From the NCBI GenBank assembly GCA_963766885.1, contig CAVYBO010000002.1, forward strand, positions 528,606 through 592,605: 64,000 nt of DNA, given 5' to 3'. Each line of letters starts with the position of its first letter. Within the stretch, counting starts at the first letter, position 1. This document shows positions 18,023 through 27,938 of the stretch, piece after piece. This DNA comes from an uncultured bacterium. GTDB taxonomy: Bacteria; Patescibacteriota; Minisyncoccia; Phycocordibacterales; CAIRYW01. Below the pieces are notes generated by a model. That model saw nothing but the letters and a program-made list of their open reading frames with translations. It did not search any database and had not been told where the DNA came from. The position numbers and the translations under genes are program-made.

Positions 18023-18098
18023 GCTTTGCACTTTGATTTTGTAGTTTAAAGGTTAATATTTTTTTAATAATTTATCAGGGACTTGTTCCCAAATTTCT

Positions 18099-18698
18099 AT
18101 GAGCGTAATAAAACATAAAGAGCAAAGAGTTGGAGTTTTTATAGATACCCAAAATCTTTATCACAGTGCAAAACATCTATATAATTCAAGAGTAAACTTT
18201 GACCAAGTAGTCAAAGACGCTGTTGCCGGAAGAGAGCTTATTCGAGCTATTGCATATGTAATAACCACCGAAAGCGGCGAAGAAAGACCGTTTTTTGATG
18301 CTCTCAAAAATATGGGCATTGAAGCCAAGACCAAAAACTTGCAGATTTTTGCAGGAGGCGCCAAAAAAGCCGACTGGGACGTTGGACTTGCAGTGGATGC
18401 AATTTCTATTTCGCCAAAACTGGACGCTGTGATTATTATTTCCGGCGATGGAGACTTTGTGCCTTTGGTAGAATTTCTCCGATACAGCAAAGGCTGCCAA
18501 GTAGAAGCGGTTTCCTTTGGCAAATCATCATCTGGAATGCTCAAAGCGGCTGTGGATGAATTTTTGGATCTAGATAAAAACGCTAAAAAATATTTGATGA
18601 CTCACAATAGCGGAGGCAAAGGAAGAGTCGGCAACAAAGCAAAACAAGATTTTACACAAAGTGTTGAGAGCCTGCTTGAAGACTTGCCTCAGGAGTAG
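18099..18698 (+). CDS. NYN-domain (LabA-like) protein
   Basis: VGVFIDTQNLYHSA...IIISGDGDFVPLVEFLR are the NYN/LabA acidic motifs. Confidence 0.65.
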   Translation: MSVIKHKEQRVGVFIDTQNLYHSAKHLYNSRVNFDQVVKDAVAGRELIRAIAYVITTESGEERPFFDALKNMGIEAKTKNLQIFAGGAKKADWDVGLAVDAISISPKLDAVIIISGDGDFVPLVEFLRYSKGCQVEAVSFGKSSSGMLKAAVDEFLDLDKNAKKYLMTHNSGGKGRVGNKAKQDFTQSVESLLEDLPQE

Positions 18699-18807
18699 AT
18701 TTTAAATATATATAAAAGTTAAAACCCCCTCGAAATTAATCGTGGGGGTTGAAGTTTGTTTACGCTGTTCTTCAGAGCGCTTGGCAGACCATACTGCCAT
18801 GTATCTA

Positions 18808-19410
18808 CTACACCCGGAAAAGTGTTGGGATACTCCGATACATCTCAAGCCTGGCGGAATAAAAATCCGTCAGCCGATCATCCACCGGAAAGTCTGAGAG
18901 CATGTCCGCATGCCCTCCCTCCATCGAGTCAAGCTCGATGTGAGTCGTTAGGTAATACCTGAACGCGACCAGTGCGGGACTTTGCCAGTTTTCCGCTTTG
19001 AGCACTTGCTCAAAAATTCCAGGAAGCTCGCTTTCGCGAGAAACAATCGACATCGCCCGAACTTCTGGCGAAAGCTTTCGAATGGCCTCTTGATACTTGA
19101 GACCGGCCTCGAGCACCCCCCTTGAAACCTTGCTGAGAAGTCCGAACCCCTCAACAAAATGCCAGAGAAAATCCGCATGGTCACCGACTTTGTCATAATC
19201 GGCGAACTTGAGATTATTAGTCTCCAGTTCCTCTTCGGCCATTTCCAACAAACCGTGACTCGTCGGGTAGAGAGTAAGAGCTCTCCGCAGACTATCACCG
19301 AACTCGCGTGCTGCGAAGTAGGAGAGAACCATCAGAGCGACCAGCTCGTTTTCGGACAATTTCTGCCAGGAAAGACTGCGAATTTGATTGACGATGTTTT
19401 TGTAGTTCAT
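18808..19410 (-). CDS. Hypothetical protein, GC-rich (~50%), likely horizontally acquired
   Basis: ORF-track ORF 18808-19575. Start moved to MNYKN because the upstream part is at background GC. No confident family assignment. Confidence 0.35.
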   Translation of the reverse strand: MNYKNIVNQIRSLSWQKLSENELVALMVLSYFAAREFGDSLRRALTLYPTSHGLLEMAEEELETNNLKFADYDKVGDHADFLWHFVEGFGLLSKVSRGVLEAGLKYQEAIRKLSPEVRAMSIVSRESELPGIFEQVLKAENWQSPALVAFRYYLTTHIELDSMEGGHADMLSDFPVDDRLTDFYSARLEMYRSIPTLFRV

Positions 19411-19667
19411 TTTATAATGCCTCGTTATCGGAGGACTTTTTTGGTTTTTAATGTACTGACTACGCAATTCATTTGCGTGGCCAGCTGAACCACACAAATC
19501 GTCTTCTGTATCTTCTGATAGAATAATATCACAGATTTTAGTATAAGTCAACGATAAATAGCCTGGTTGAGCCATATTATGTATATTTGAAAAGAATAGT
19601 AATCAAACATATTGCAAAAATAACCTTATTTTGATAGACTTTATAGTGTATTATTTTTTAGAATAAA

Positions 19668-20414
19668 ATGGACAATCTAGAAAAACTAGGCTTCACAAAA
19701 AATCTTTCCGCCGTGTATTTGGCACTTTTGAACGTGGGTCAATTGCGCGCTGGAGGAGTAATCAAGGAAACAAATCTCCAAAGAAGTGTTGTTTACAGCT
19801 CGCTAGAAGAATTAGTATCAAGAAACCTCATCACTAAAACAATTACAAAAGGGGTAGCTGTATTTAGAGCTAACGATCCAAAATCCCTCGTGGATGAAGC
19901 AGAAAGCCGTAGAAAACTTGCAGAGGAAGTCTCTAAAGAATTAAGCACGAAACAGGATGTTGGTAATAGAGAAATTAAAACTTATGAGGGTGATGATATT
20001 AGTGAAAGAGTGGCGGATAAAAGTTTAGAAGTCTTAGAACAAGGAGAAACTGTTTATTTTTTGGGATCTGCTAAATACGGCACTCAAGCTAACCTTGAAA
20101 GATATTGGCAGAAATGGCACAAAAAAAGAATAGAAAAGGGAATTCTTTGCAAGATTCTTTACGATAAAGATACTAACAATGAAACTGTTAACGATAGAAA
20201 TGAACTTCAGGGCTGTGAAGCAAAATATATGCCATTTGGATCTGATTTGCCTATGTGGTTTAACATTTTTGGTGATTATGTTGTGATGTTAATTCCAAGC
20301 GAAGAACCTCCAATTGCATTTTTGATAAAAAGTAGAGCAACAGCCGAAGCTTTGAGTAAGTATTTTCAGTTTTTATGGAATTATCAAAGCCTTGAAAAAA
20401 ATTCCCAAAAATAG
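19668..20414 (+). CDS. TrmB-family HTH transcriptional regulator (second copy)
   Basis: N-terminal HTH LGFTKNLSAVYLALLNVGQLRAGGVIKETNLQRSVVYSSLEELVSRNLI, parallel to the 1492-2289 protein. Confidence 0.5.
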   Translation: MDNLEKLGFTKNLSAVYLALLNVGQLRAGGVIKETNLQRSVVYSSLEELVSRNLITKTITKGVAVFRANDPKSLVDEAESRRKLAEEVSKELSTKQDVGNREIKTYEGDDISERVADKSLEVLEQGETVYFLGSAKYGTQANLERYWQKWHKKRIEKGILCKILYDKDTNNETVNDRNELQGCEAKYMPFGSDLPMWFNIFGDYVVMLIPSEEPPIAFLIKSRATAEALSKYFQFLWNYQSLEKNSQK

Positions 20415-20524
20415 AGACCTGTGTTATAGTCAGAAAGTTAAAAGTTAATCGGTGGCCTGTAGATAGGTAGTAATTGAAGCCCTCAAAGTTTCAATCCTAA
20501 AATCTGCAGATCACTTAAAATAGA

Positions 20525-22627
20525 ATGCAAACAAGAGAATACTCTACGGAGGTAGGAGGAAGAATCCTCAAAGCCTCATTTACAGACCTTGCTGATCAAG
20601 CAAACGGATCTGTGTTAATCACTTATGGCAACACAACATTGCTTGCCACAGCGGTGATGGCCAAAAACGCCAAAGATGGCGACTGGTTTCCATTGACTGT
20701 GGATTTTGAAGAAAGATTTTATGCTGCTGGAAAAATTTTGGGCAGCAGATTTATGAGGCGCGAAGGCAGGCCGTCGGACGAAGCGATTTTGGCTGGACGA
20801 GTAGTGGACAGAACAATCCGACCGCTTTTTGATCAGCACATCAGACATGATGTGCAGGTTGTAATTACCATACTTTCAATTGGAGAAGATGATCCAGATG
20901 TTTTGGCAGTAATCGGCGCATCACTTGCTCTTGGCACTTCTGACATTCCTTGGAATGGACCTGTTAGTTCTGTTCGAATCGGAAGAATCAATGGGGAATT
21001 TATTCTCAACCCAAGCTATGAACAAAGAGAAAGCGCGGAATCAGAAATGGATTTGACTGCCTGCGGCAAAGACGGAAACATCAATATGATTGAAGTCGCT
21101 TCAAAAGAAATTTCAAACGAAACTGCAAGCGAATCTTTCAAAAAAGCATCTGAAGAAATCGAAAAAATTCAGACTTGGCAAAAGGAAATCATCAAAGAAA
21201 TCGGAAAAACAAAAAAGGTGATTGAAAAACCTATAGCTCCGGAAGGAATGAAAGAATTATTTGCGGAAAAAATCGGACCAACATTTAAAGAAAATATTTT
21301 TGTAGGCAAAGCTGGAAAGCAACATATCTCAAAAATTCACGAAGAATGGATTGAAATTTATAGAGAAAAGTTTCCTGAAGAAAAAACTTCTTTTGCTGCA
21401 GATTATTTTGAAGACGAGCTGAATGACTTGGTTCACAAGGAAGCAATTGAAAACAATAAAAGGCCTGACGGCAGAACTCCTGACGAGCTGCGCTCTTTGT
21501 TTGCCAAGGCTGGAGGAATTTCTCCTGTGCTTCACGGTACTGGAATTTTCTACAGAGGAGGCACGCATATTCTTTCGGCGTTAACACTTGGCGGACCTGG
21601 CGAAGCACAAATGATTGACAGTATGGAAGGCCAGACAGAAAAAAAGTTTATGCATCACTACAACTTTCCGCCATTTTCTTCTGGAGAAACTGGCAGAATG
21701 GGCGGATTAAACAGAAGAATGATTGGCCACGGACACTTGGCTGAAAAAGCTTTGATACCAGTGCTTCCGCCAAAAGAAACATTTCCTTACACTATTAGAA
21801 TTGTTTCTGAATCTCTGGCTTCAAACGGATCCACATCAATGGGTTCTGTTTGCGGATCTTCACTTGCTTTGATGGATGCTGGAGTGCCAATCACAAGAGC
21901 TGTTGCAGGAATTGCATCGGGAGTGATGATGCAAGATGAAAATAAATATTGCTTGCTTACAGATATTCAAGGACCGGAAGATCATCACGGTGATATGGAT
22001 TTTAAAGTTGCTGGCACAAGACAGGGAATTACCGCAATTCAAATGGACATAAAAGTTGGAGGAATTCCGCTGAAAATTTTGGCCGGTGCTTTAGAAAAAG
22101 CGGAAAGTGCCAGATTTAGAATCTTGGATGTTATGGAGAAAGAAATTTCGCAACCTCGGCCAGAACTTAATCCAAGCGCTCCAAAAATCCTACAAATAAT
22201 GATTGATCCTGACAAAATCGGATTGGTTATCGGCACAGGAGGCAAAACAATCAAAGAAATAATGAAAGAAACTGGTGCAACGATTGATATTGAAGACGAC
22301 GGTTCGGTTTTCTTTACAGGCAGCAACGGTAGCGCTGAGGCAGCCAAGAAAATCGTGGAAGAAATGACCAAAGAATACAAAAGAGGTGAGGCATTTCCAG
22401 ATGCAGAAGTTATCAAACTTATGGACTTTGGTGCGTTTGTCAAAATCGGGCATAACGCAGAAGGATTGGTGCATATTTCTGAAATGGCGCCGTTTAGAAT
22501 TGAAAAAGTGACGGACTATCTGAAAATCGGCGACAAAGTGCCAGTGGTTATCAAAGAAATTGACGAGAAAGAAAGAATCAATCTTTCAATCAAGCAAGCT
22601 GATCCAAATTTCTTTCAGAAGAAGTAA
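20525..22627 (+). CDS. pnp: Polyribonucleotide nucleotidyltransferase
   Basis: Two RNase PH domains, KH (LVIGTGGKTIKEI) and S1 domains. 700 aa. Confidence 0.9.
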   Translation: MQTREYSTEVGGRILKASFTDLADQANGSVLITYGNTTLLATAVMAKNAKDGDWFPLTVDFEERFYAAGKILGSRFMRREGRPSDEAILAGRVVDRTIRPLFDQHIRHDVQVVITILSIGEDDPDVLAVIGASLALGTSDIPWNGPVSSVRIGRINGEFILNPSYEQRESAESEMDLTACGKDGNINMIEVASKEISNETASESFKKASEEIEKIQTWQKEIIKEIGKTKKVIEKPIAPEGMKELFAEKIGPTFKENIFVGKAGKQHISKIHEEWIEIYREKFPEEKTSFAADYFEDELNDLVHKEAIENNKRPDGRTPDELRSLFAKAGGISPVLHGTGIFYRGGTHILSALTLGGPGEAQMIDSMEGQTEKKFMHHYNFPPFSSGETGRMGGLNRRMIGHGHLAEKALIPVLPPKETFPYTIRIVSESLASNGSTSMGSVCGSSLALMDAGVPITRAVAGIASGVMMQDENKYCLLTDIQGPEDHHGDMDFKVAGTRQGITAIQMDIKVGGIPLKILAGALEKAESARFRILDVMEKEISQPRPELNPSAPKILQIMIDPDKIGLVIGTGGKTIKEIMKETGATIDIEDDGSVFFTGSNGSAEAAKKIVEEMTKEYKRGEAFPDAEVIKLMDFGAFVKIGHNAEGLVHISEMAPFRIEKVTDYLKIGDKVPVVIKEIDEKERINLSIKQADPNFFQKK

Positions 22628-22651
22628 AAAATCTATTGTTGCAAAACAAAT

Positions 22652-22660
22652 GGGGGGGGG
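22652..22660. repeat. G9 homopolymer tract
   Basis: tggggggggg seen directly, ~35 nt upstream of the 22695 start codon. Confidence 0.9.
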
Positions 22661-22694
22661 TAAAATGGTCTTATTAATCGGTAATAATTAAAAA

Positions 22695-23471
22695 ATGAAA
22701 AAATACTTATCTCTCCTTGGTGTCGGTCTACTATCTCTAGCGGTATTTTCTCCAACTTTTGCTCAAAGCGTAAGCGCTTCTGCTACAGTCTCCACTAAAC
22801 AACAGATTATTCAGCTTATTACTCAACTTCTCCAACAGCTTGAAGCAGAGTTGCAGACTTTGCTTGCACAGCAGGGTTCAACGCAAAATCAATCTCCATC
22901 TGCATCAATCCTTACAGCCACACAAGTCACAAATCCAGCCCCATACATAATCGGTACAGCAAGCGGGGTGAGTCAAGTTGGCATCGTTTTAGCTGGACAA
23001 TACGGCGATAAAGTATACGCTAGTGGATTAATTCCTGTCGTGAACGGAAATTGGTCAGTGACTGTGTCGCCAGCTCTAGCTTTAGCACAGTATACGATTT
23101 ATGTCTATGACGCAAATAATAATAAACTGACAAGCGGTCCATTGACTATCGTATCCCCTGCAACGCAAAATCCATCAATCTATTCACTGTCTACTACAAC
23201 AATACCTTTTAGCGGAACAACAAATATTACAATAAACGGCTTTGGGTTTAATAGTTCCACAAGAGTATATATAAACGGTCTTACAGGATCTAAAATCATA
23301 CCAACATCAGTATCAAGCGACGGCACAGCACTAACTTTCACTCTTTCTAATCCTGGAGGTTATTACGGCTACGGCAACATAAGTGTTGGAGTGAGCAATG
23401 ATGGTGTATCAATTAATAATCTTCTTTACCTATCAATTCTTAATCCTACTCAGTGTAAATACTCTTGTTAA
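22695..23471 (+). CDS. Secreted protein with conserved N-terminal QLI..LL..LE.ELQTLLA module
   Basis: Signal peptide MKKYLSLLGVGLLSLAVFSPTFAQ. Shares its N-terminal ~70 aa pattern with the 31133-31747 protein. Confidence 0.5.
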   Translation: MKKYLSLLGVGLLSLAVFSPTFAQSVSASATVSTKQQIIQLITQLLQQLEAELQTLLAQQGSTQNQSPSASILTATQVTNPAPYIIGTASGVSQVGIVLAGQYGDKVYASGLIPVVNGNWSVTVSPALALAQYTIYVYDANNNKLTSGPLTIVSPATQNPSIYSLSTTTIPFSGTTNITINGFGFNSSTRVYINGLTGSKIIPTSVSSDGTALTFTLSNPGGYYGYGNISVGVSNDGVSINNLLYLSILNPTQCKYSC

Positions 23472-23491
23472 CAACTTATAAAGCTGTTATC

Positions 23492-23525
23492 AAAAACCGC
23501 CAGAATTTCTGGCGGTTTTTGTTTT
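23492..23525 (+). terminator. Rho-independent terminator
   Basis: aaaaaccgccag aatttc ctggcggttttt hairpin followed by T-run. Confidence 0.6.
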
Positions 23526-23554
23526 GGCTATAAAAAGATATAATTTACTGACAA

Positions 23555-24574
23555 ATGGCTTTAGAAGAAAAAGACTTTATAGAACAGGAATTAAAGGCTA
23601 ACCAAACAAAAGCGGCCGGACTTAGCATGGCTGATTTGGCGGACAAAAATTCTATTGTAAATAAAGGTCCTGAATTGGAAAAAAGAGAGTCCACAATTCC
23701 AGAAACAAAGTCTAAGTTTGACAGAGAAGGGCTACCAGAACTTCCAAATCTTCGCACATATCACGGCGATGTGGCGGATGCTGTGCGCTCAGGTGGACTT
23801 TCAATGATCAAAGTGGCAACCAGAGAACAAGACCGCCGCAGATTAAGTGGAGTAGAAAAAGATGGCAAACAAAATAATTATCATTTGATTTTGATACTAA
23901 TTGCTTCAACGCTTTTTGTGGCGGGGCTGAGCGCGGTCATAATCGCTTTTTTGGTCAAAAGCCAGCAAGCGACAGTTCCCGTTGTGCAAACACCTACTGC
24001 TCAAGACATAATTCCTGCAGATTCATCAGTAACAATGGACATCACAAATCTTTCGCAGACAGAAATCCAAAGCGCTTTGGCGAAATATCTTGTGCCAGCA
24101 TTGGGCACAGGTTCAATTGAAAAAATTGTTCTGACTGAAAACCAAAATGGCAACAAAATAACACTCTCTGCTTTGGATTTTTTATCTGCAATCAAAACCT
24201 CTCTTCCTCAGGTATTGGAAACTTCCATAGTGCCAAATCAATATATGTTTGGAATATATCAAGGCAACGGCGAAGCAGAACCGTTCTTGATACTTGAAAC
24301 TTCTTCAGATGAAACCGCTTTTCCTGGAATGCTTGATTGGGAGAAAACTTTGGCATTTGATATGGAGCCGATTATGGGGGTAGGAACCATTGCTCCCGGA
24401 AACGCCTTCGTAGATCAAGTTATTTTGAATCATGATGCCAGAGTGCTGACCAACGGTACCACTTCTGTATTCTTTTACACCGTTGTAAATGGAAACATAG
24501 TAGTAATAGCAAAAAGCGCTGATGCTCTGGGGATAATTTTGGATAAATTCCGCGTATCAGCCATTTTGAATTGA
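23555..24574 (+). CDS. Hypothetical single-pass membrane protein
   Basis: One TM helix (LILILIASTLFVAGLSAVIIAFLV) with the C-terminal two-thirds outside. No family recognised. Confidence 0.4.
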   Translation: MALEEKDFIEQELKANQTKAAGLSMADLADKNSIVNKGPELEKRESTIPETKSKFDREGLPELPNLRTYHGDVADAVRSGGLSMIKVATREQDRRRLSGVEKDGKQNNYHLILILIASTLFVAGLSAVIIAFLVKSQQATVPVVQTPTAQDIIPADSSVTMDITNLSQTEIQSALAKYLVPALGTGSIEKIVLTENQNGNKITLSALDFLSAIKTSLPQVLETSIVPNQYMFGIYQGNGEAEPFLILETSSDETAFPGMLDWEKTLAFDMEPIMGVGTIAPGNAFVDQVILNHDARVLTNGTTSVFFYTVVNGNIVVIAKSADALGIILDKFRVSAILN

Positions 24575-24622
24575 TTCTGTTTTTTTACTTGCAACATATA
24601 TATATGCTAAACTTTATGTACA

Positions 24623-24994
24623 ATGGATCAGAAACTTTCACAATACAAAAAGGTCCTTAACGAAGAGAAAAATTTGCTTGAAAACGAGCTGAAAACTGTC
24701 GGCAGAAAAAATGCCGAAAGCTCAGAATGGGAGGCTACGCCATCAGTTCCAGACGACGATAATGATCAGGCAGACAGAAACACTGTTGCCGACGAAATTT
24801 CAGATTATGAAAACAATGCCGCAATATTGAGCCAGCTTCAAGGACGCCTTTACAGTGTTGATCTGGCCTTGGAAAAAATAAAAACCGGAAAATACGGCAA
24901 GTGCGAAATTTGCCAAGAGTCAATTGAAGAGGATCGGCTTCAAGCAAACCCAGCAGCTAGAACCTGCAAAACGCACATCAACGAAAAACTTTAA
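24623..24994 (+). CDS. DksA/TraR-family C4 zinc-finger protein
   Basis: C-terminal CEICQESIEEDRLQANPAARTCKTH four-Cys finger after a coiled-coil region. Confidence 0.6.
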   Translation: MDQKLSQYKKVLNEEKNLLENELKTVGRKNAESSEWEATPSVPDDDNDQADRNTVADEISDYENNAAILSQLQGRLYSVDLALEKIKTGKYGKCEICQESIEEDRLQANPAARTCKTHINEKL

Positions 24995-25019
24995 AAATTA
25001 ATAAAGCCTAAGATCGGAA

Positions 25020-26558
25020 ATGGCAGTATCAAAAGTTTATAGCGCTCAAAATGACATCGGTGGCTCTTCTATTATCGAAATAGAAGCGGATCTTTCTCGC
25101 GGACTCTTTGCTTTTTCAATTGTGGGACTTCCTGACAAAGCTGTCGAGGAAGCCAAGGACAGAGTAAGTGCAGCAATCAAAAACTCTGGCCTTGATTCTC
25201 CAAAAAGCCACAACAGAAAAATTGTTATTTCTCTTGCCCCTGCAGATATAAGAAAAGAGGGACCATCTTTTGATTTGCCAATTGCGCTTTCATACTTGCT
25301 TTCTTCTGGTGATATAAAATTTAATCCCAAAGATAAAATGTTTCTCGGAGAATTGGCGCTTAATGGAGATTTAAGAAAAATCAAAGGCATATTGCCAGCA
25401 GCAATCATCGCTAAGAAAAAAGGGTTCCAGAAAATCTTTGTGCCTGAGCAAAACGCCAGCGAAGCATCACTTGTTTCTGGTATCAAAGTTTTTGGATGTA
25501 AAAATTTAAGAGAAATCATAGATCACTTGGAAGTAGAGGAAAAAGAATCCGGAAAGAAAATAATTGAGTGGCAAAGAAAACCACCATTAGAGATGCCAGT
25601 TGAGAACGAAAATGATTTTGCATACATCAAAGGCCAGAGAGCGGCCAAGCGGGCTTTGGAAATTGCTGCGGCTGGCGGACACAATGTTTTATTCTTTGGG
25701 CCTCCCGGCACAGGCAAGACAATGCTTGCTAAAGCATTCACTTCAATTTTACCAAGTTTAAATTACGACCAAACAATAGAGACGACTTCTATTCATTCGG
25801 TTGCAGGCATTTTAAGCGAGAATATTGTCTCTAAGGCGCCCTTTCGATCTCCGCATCACACATCGTCTCATGTTTCAATTGTTGGAGGTGGAGCACAATT
25901 GCGCTGCGGAGAAATCACTTTGGCGCACAACGGCGTTTTATTTTTAGATGAATTTCCGGAGTTTGATAGAAGGGTGATTGAGTCACTCCGCGAACCTTTG
26001 GAAGAAGGAAAAATTTCAGTTTCCCGGGCAAAAGGTACCGCAATATTTCCTGCAAAAATTATTCTGCTTGCTGCTATGAATCCGTGCCCATGTGGTAATT
26101 ACGGTAGTAGTAAGCAATGCACTTGTTCCGTCTTGATAATCCAAAAATACCAAAGAAAAGTTTCTGGGCCTATCTTGGACAGAATTGATTTGATAATTCC
26201 GGTTGAAGAAATCAAATACGATGAGCTTTCAAGCGACAAATTTGAGGAGTCGTCTAAAGAAATAAAACAGAGAATTGAAAAGGCCAGAGTAATGCAGAAA
26301 GAAAGATTCCGTAAGCTTGGATTAAATATTGATATAAACAAAAACATCAAAGCTAAGCATATAAAGAAAGCATCTTTGATTGAAGACAAAGCTTTTAATC
26401 TTCTTTGCCAATCATCAGAAAAACTTTCTCTCTCGCCTAGATCGTTTCATAGAATGATCCGCGTGGCCCGCACAATAGCTGATTTATCAAATTCCGAAAC
26501 GATCAAAACAGAGCACACTCTGGAAGCATTGCAATTCCGCGGAAAAATTTCGGGGTAA
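25020..26558 (+). CDS. comM: YifB/ComM-family Mg-chelatase-like AAA+ ATPase
   Basis: N-terminal Lon-like domain, Walker A GPPGTGKTMLA, and the C-terminal ComM-specific region. Confidence 0.8.
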   Translation: MAVSKVYSAQNDIGGSSIIEIEADLSRGLFAFSIVGLPDKAVEEAKDRVSAAIKNSGLDSPKSHNRKIVISLAPADIRKEGPSFDLPIALSYLLSSGDIKFNPKDKMFLGELALNGDLRKIKGILPAAIIAKKKGFQKIFVPEQNASEASLVSGIKVFGCKNLREIIDHLEVEEKESGKKIIEWQRKPPLEMPVENENDFAYIKGQRAAKRALEIAAAGGHNVLFFGPPGTGKTMLAKAFTSILPSLNYDQTIETTSIHSVAGILSENIVSKAPFRSPHHTSSHVSIVGGGAQLRCGEITLAHNGVLFLDEFPEFDRRVIESLREPLEEGKISVSRAKGTAIFPAKIILLAAMNPCPCGNYGSSKQCTCSVLIIQKYQRKVSGPILDRIDLIIPVEEIKYDELSSDKFEESSKEIKQRIEKARVMQKERFRKLGLNIDINKNIKAKHIKKASLIEDKAFNLLCQSSEKLSLSPRSFHRMIRVARTIADLSNSETIKTEHTLEALQFRGKISG

Positions 26559-26577
26559 ATGAAACTGGATAAATAAA

Positions 26578-27552
26578 TTAGTTGAAAGGATTCCAATCGC
26601 GAACTTTCCAGCCGTTGACAGAACCCCAAAGCTCAAAGTGAAGGTGTACGCCTGTTGCATTTCCAGTCTCACCCATAATACCGATTGGATCTCCTTGAGA
26701 AACTTGGCCGCCGACAGAAACTCCAATTTCTGACAAGTGAGCGTAAAGAGTTTGCAAACCGTTTGGATGTTGGATAACAATATAATTTCCGTATCCGCCA
26801 TTCCATCCAGAATCCTTTGCGATTATGACAACTCCGGAGGCTGCCGCATATATTGGGAGTTTGGCCTCGCCAAGAGAAGCAAGATCGACAGCTGTATCAT
26901 ATTTTCCGTGAAGACCTTGCGTTTTTCTAACTTCTGTTTCATTAACCGGCCAAGCCAAATACCCAGAAATGCCGGATGATGACTTGGATGAACTACCTGA
27001 ATTTCCTTTTGATGAAGATTTTGAAGAAGACGATTTAGATGATCCAGAGCCAGAACTTGGAGAAGAAACTTCGCCGTTTGGAATAATTATACTCATTCCA
27101 ACGCTAAGTTCCGAGGATGAAGCGCTGCCTGAATAAAGATCGTTAAAACTTGAGATATCATCAGAGCTTGCATTAAACTTTTTAGCAATTTTCTCCAATG
27201 TATCTCCTTTTTGGACAGTATATTCAACTCCTGAAACCGGCAAGATGACAAGCTGATCTCCTGTATGAATAATCGGATTGCCTTTTGAATCAAGTTTTAA
27301 ATCATTCGCCCAAACAATAGTATCAACGCTTACACCAAACATATCTGCAATTTGAGACAAACTTGTGTCTGTATCCCTAACTGTATAAGTGCTAATCGAA
27401 TCGCTCTGGACTGCAGCTTGGATTTGAGCAACTGTTCCCGAAGGACCAACAGCGGTCTGAAGAGCGCTTTGGTCAACATCAGCTAAATCAGTATCTGAAG
27501 TTGGATCAACTTGATTAGGGGCTTCAAGCAGCGGCACATTTTGGGAATTCAA
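26578..27552 (-). CDS. LysM-domain M23 family metallopeptidase
   Basis: Two LysM repeats (YTVRDTDTSLSQIADMFGV, YTVQKGDTLEKIAKKFNA) and the M23 HLHFELW motif. The listed start is TTG. A signal-anchor-like segment lies upstream with no canonical start. Confidence 0.7.
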   Translation of the reverse strand: MNSQNVPLLEAPNQVDPTSDTDLADVDQSALQTAVGPSGTVAQIQAAVQSDSISTYTVRDTDTSLSQIADMFGVSVDTIVWANDLKLDSKGNPIIHTGDQLVILPVSGVEYTVQKGDTLEKIAKKFNASSDDISSFNDLYSGSASSSELSVGMSIIIPNGEVSSPSSGSGSSKSSSSKSSSKGNSGSSSKSSSGISGYLAWPVNETEVRKTQGLHGKYDTAVDLASLGEAKLPIYAAASGVVIIAKDSGWNGGYGNYIVIQHPNGLQTLYAHLSEIGVSVGGQVSQGDPIGIMGETGNATGVHLHFELWGSVNGWKVRDWNPFN

Positions 27553-27938
27553 ACCTTGCGAATCCGAAGCCGCTTCTGTTTGAGGAGCAAGAATACCGCT
27601 TATAAAAGAAATGACGCCTGCTTTGGCGTCTGAAGGATAGAGTGTTGCAAAAAAAGCAACAAAAACAAGTATAATTCCTAGACTTACCTGAATGTTCTTT
27701 CTTAAAATATTTATAAGCCTTTTTAAAGGGTTATGGTCTTTATGGTCAATTTTGGAGATAAAATTTAAATTAAATGGTAATTCTTGGATTCAGAAAGGCT
27801 TAACTGCCTTGTCGATCGGGTTAATCAGGATGTCCATTCATTATAGCAGGAGAAAGGTGCTGTCAAAAGCCTAAATCTGTTGTCTGTGGAAAACCCCAAA
27901 ATGAGAAGTTTTTTCAAAACGATGATATATTTTAGCCG

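Noticed and set aside
22039-22443. 134-aa minus-strand ORF
   Set aside because: Antisense to pnp.
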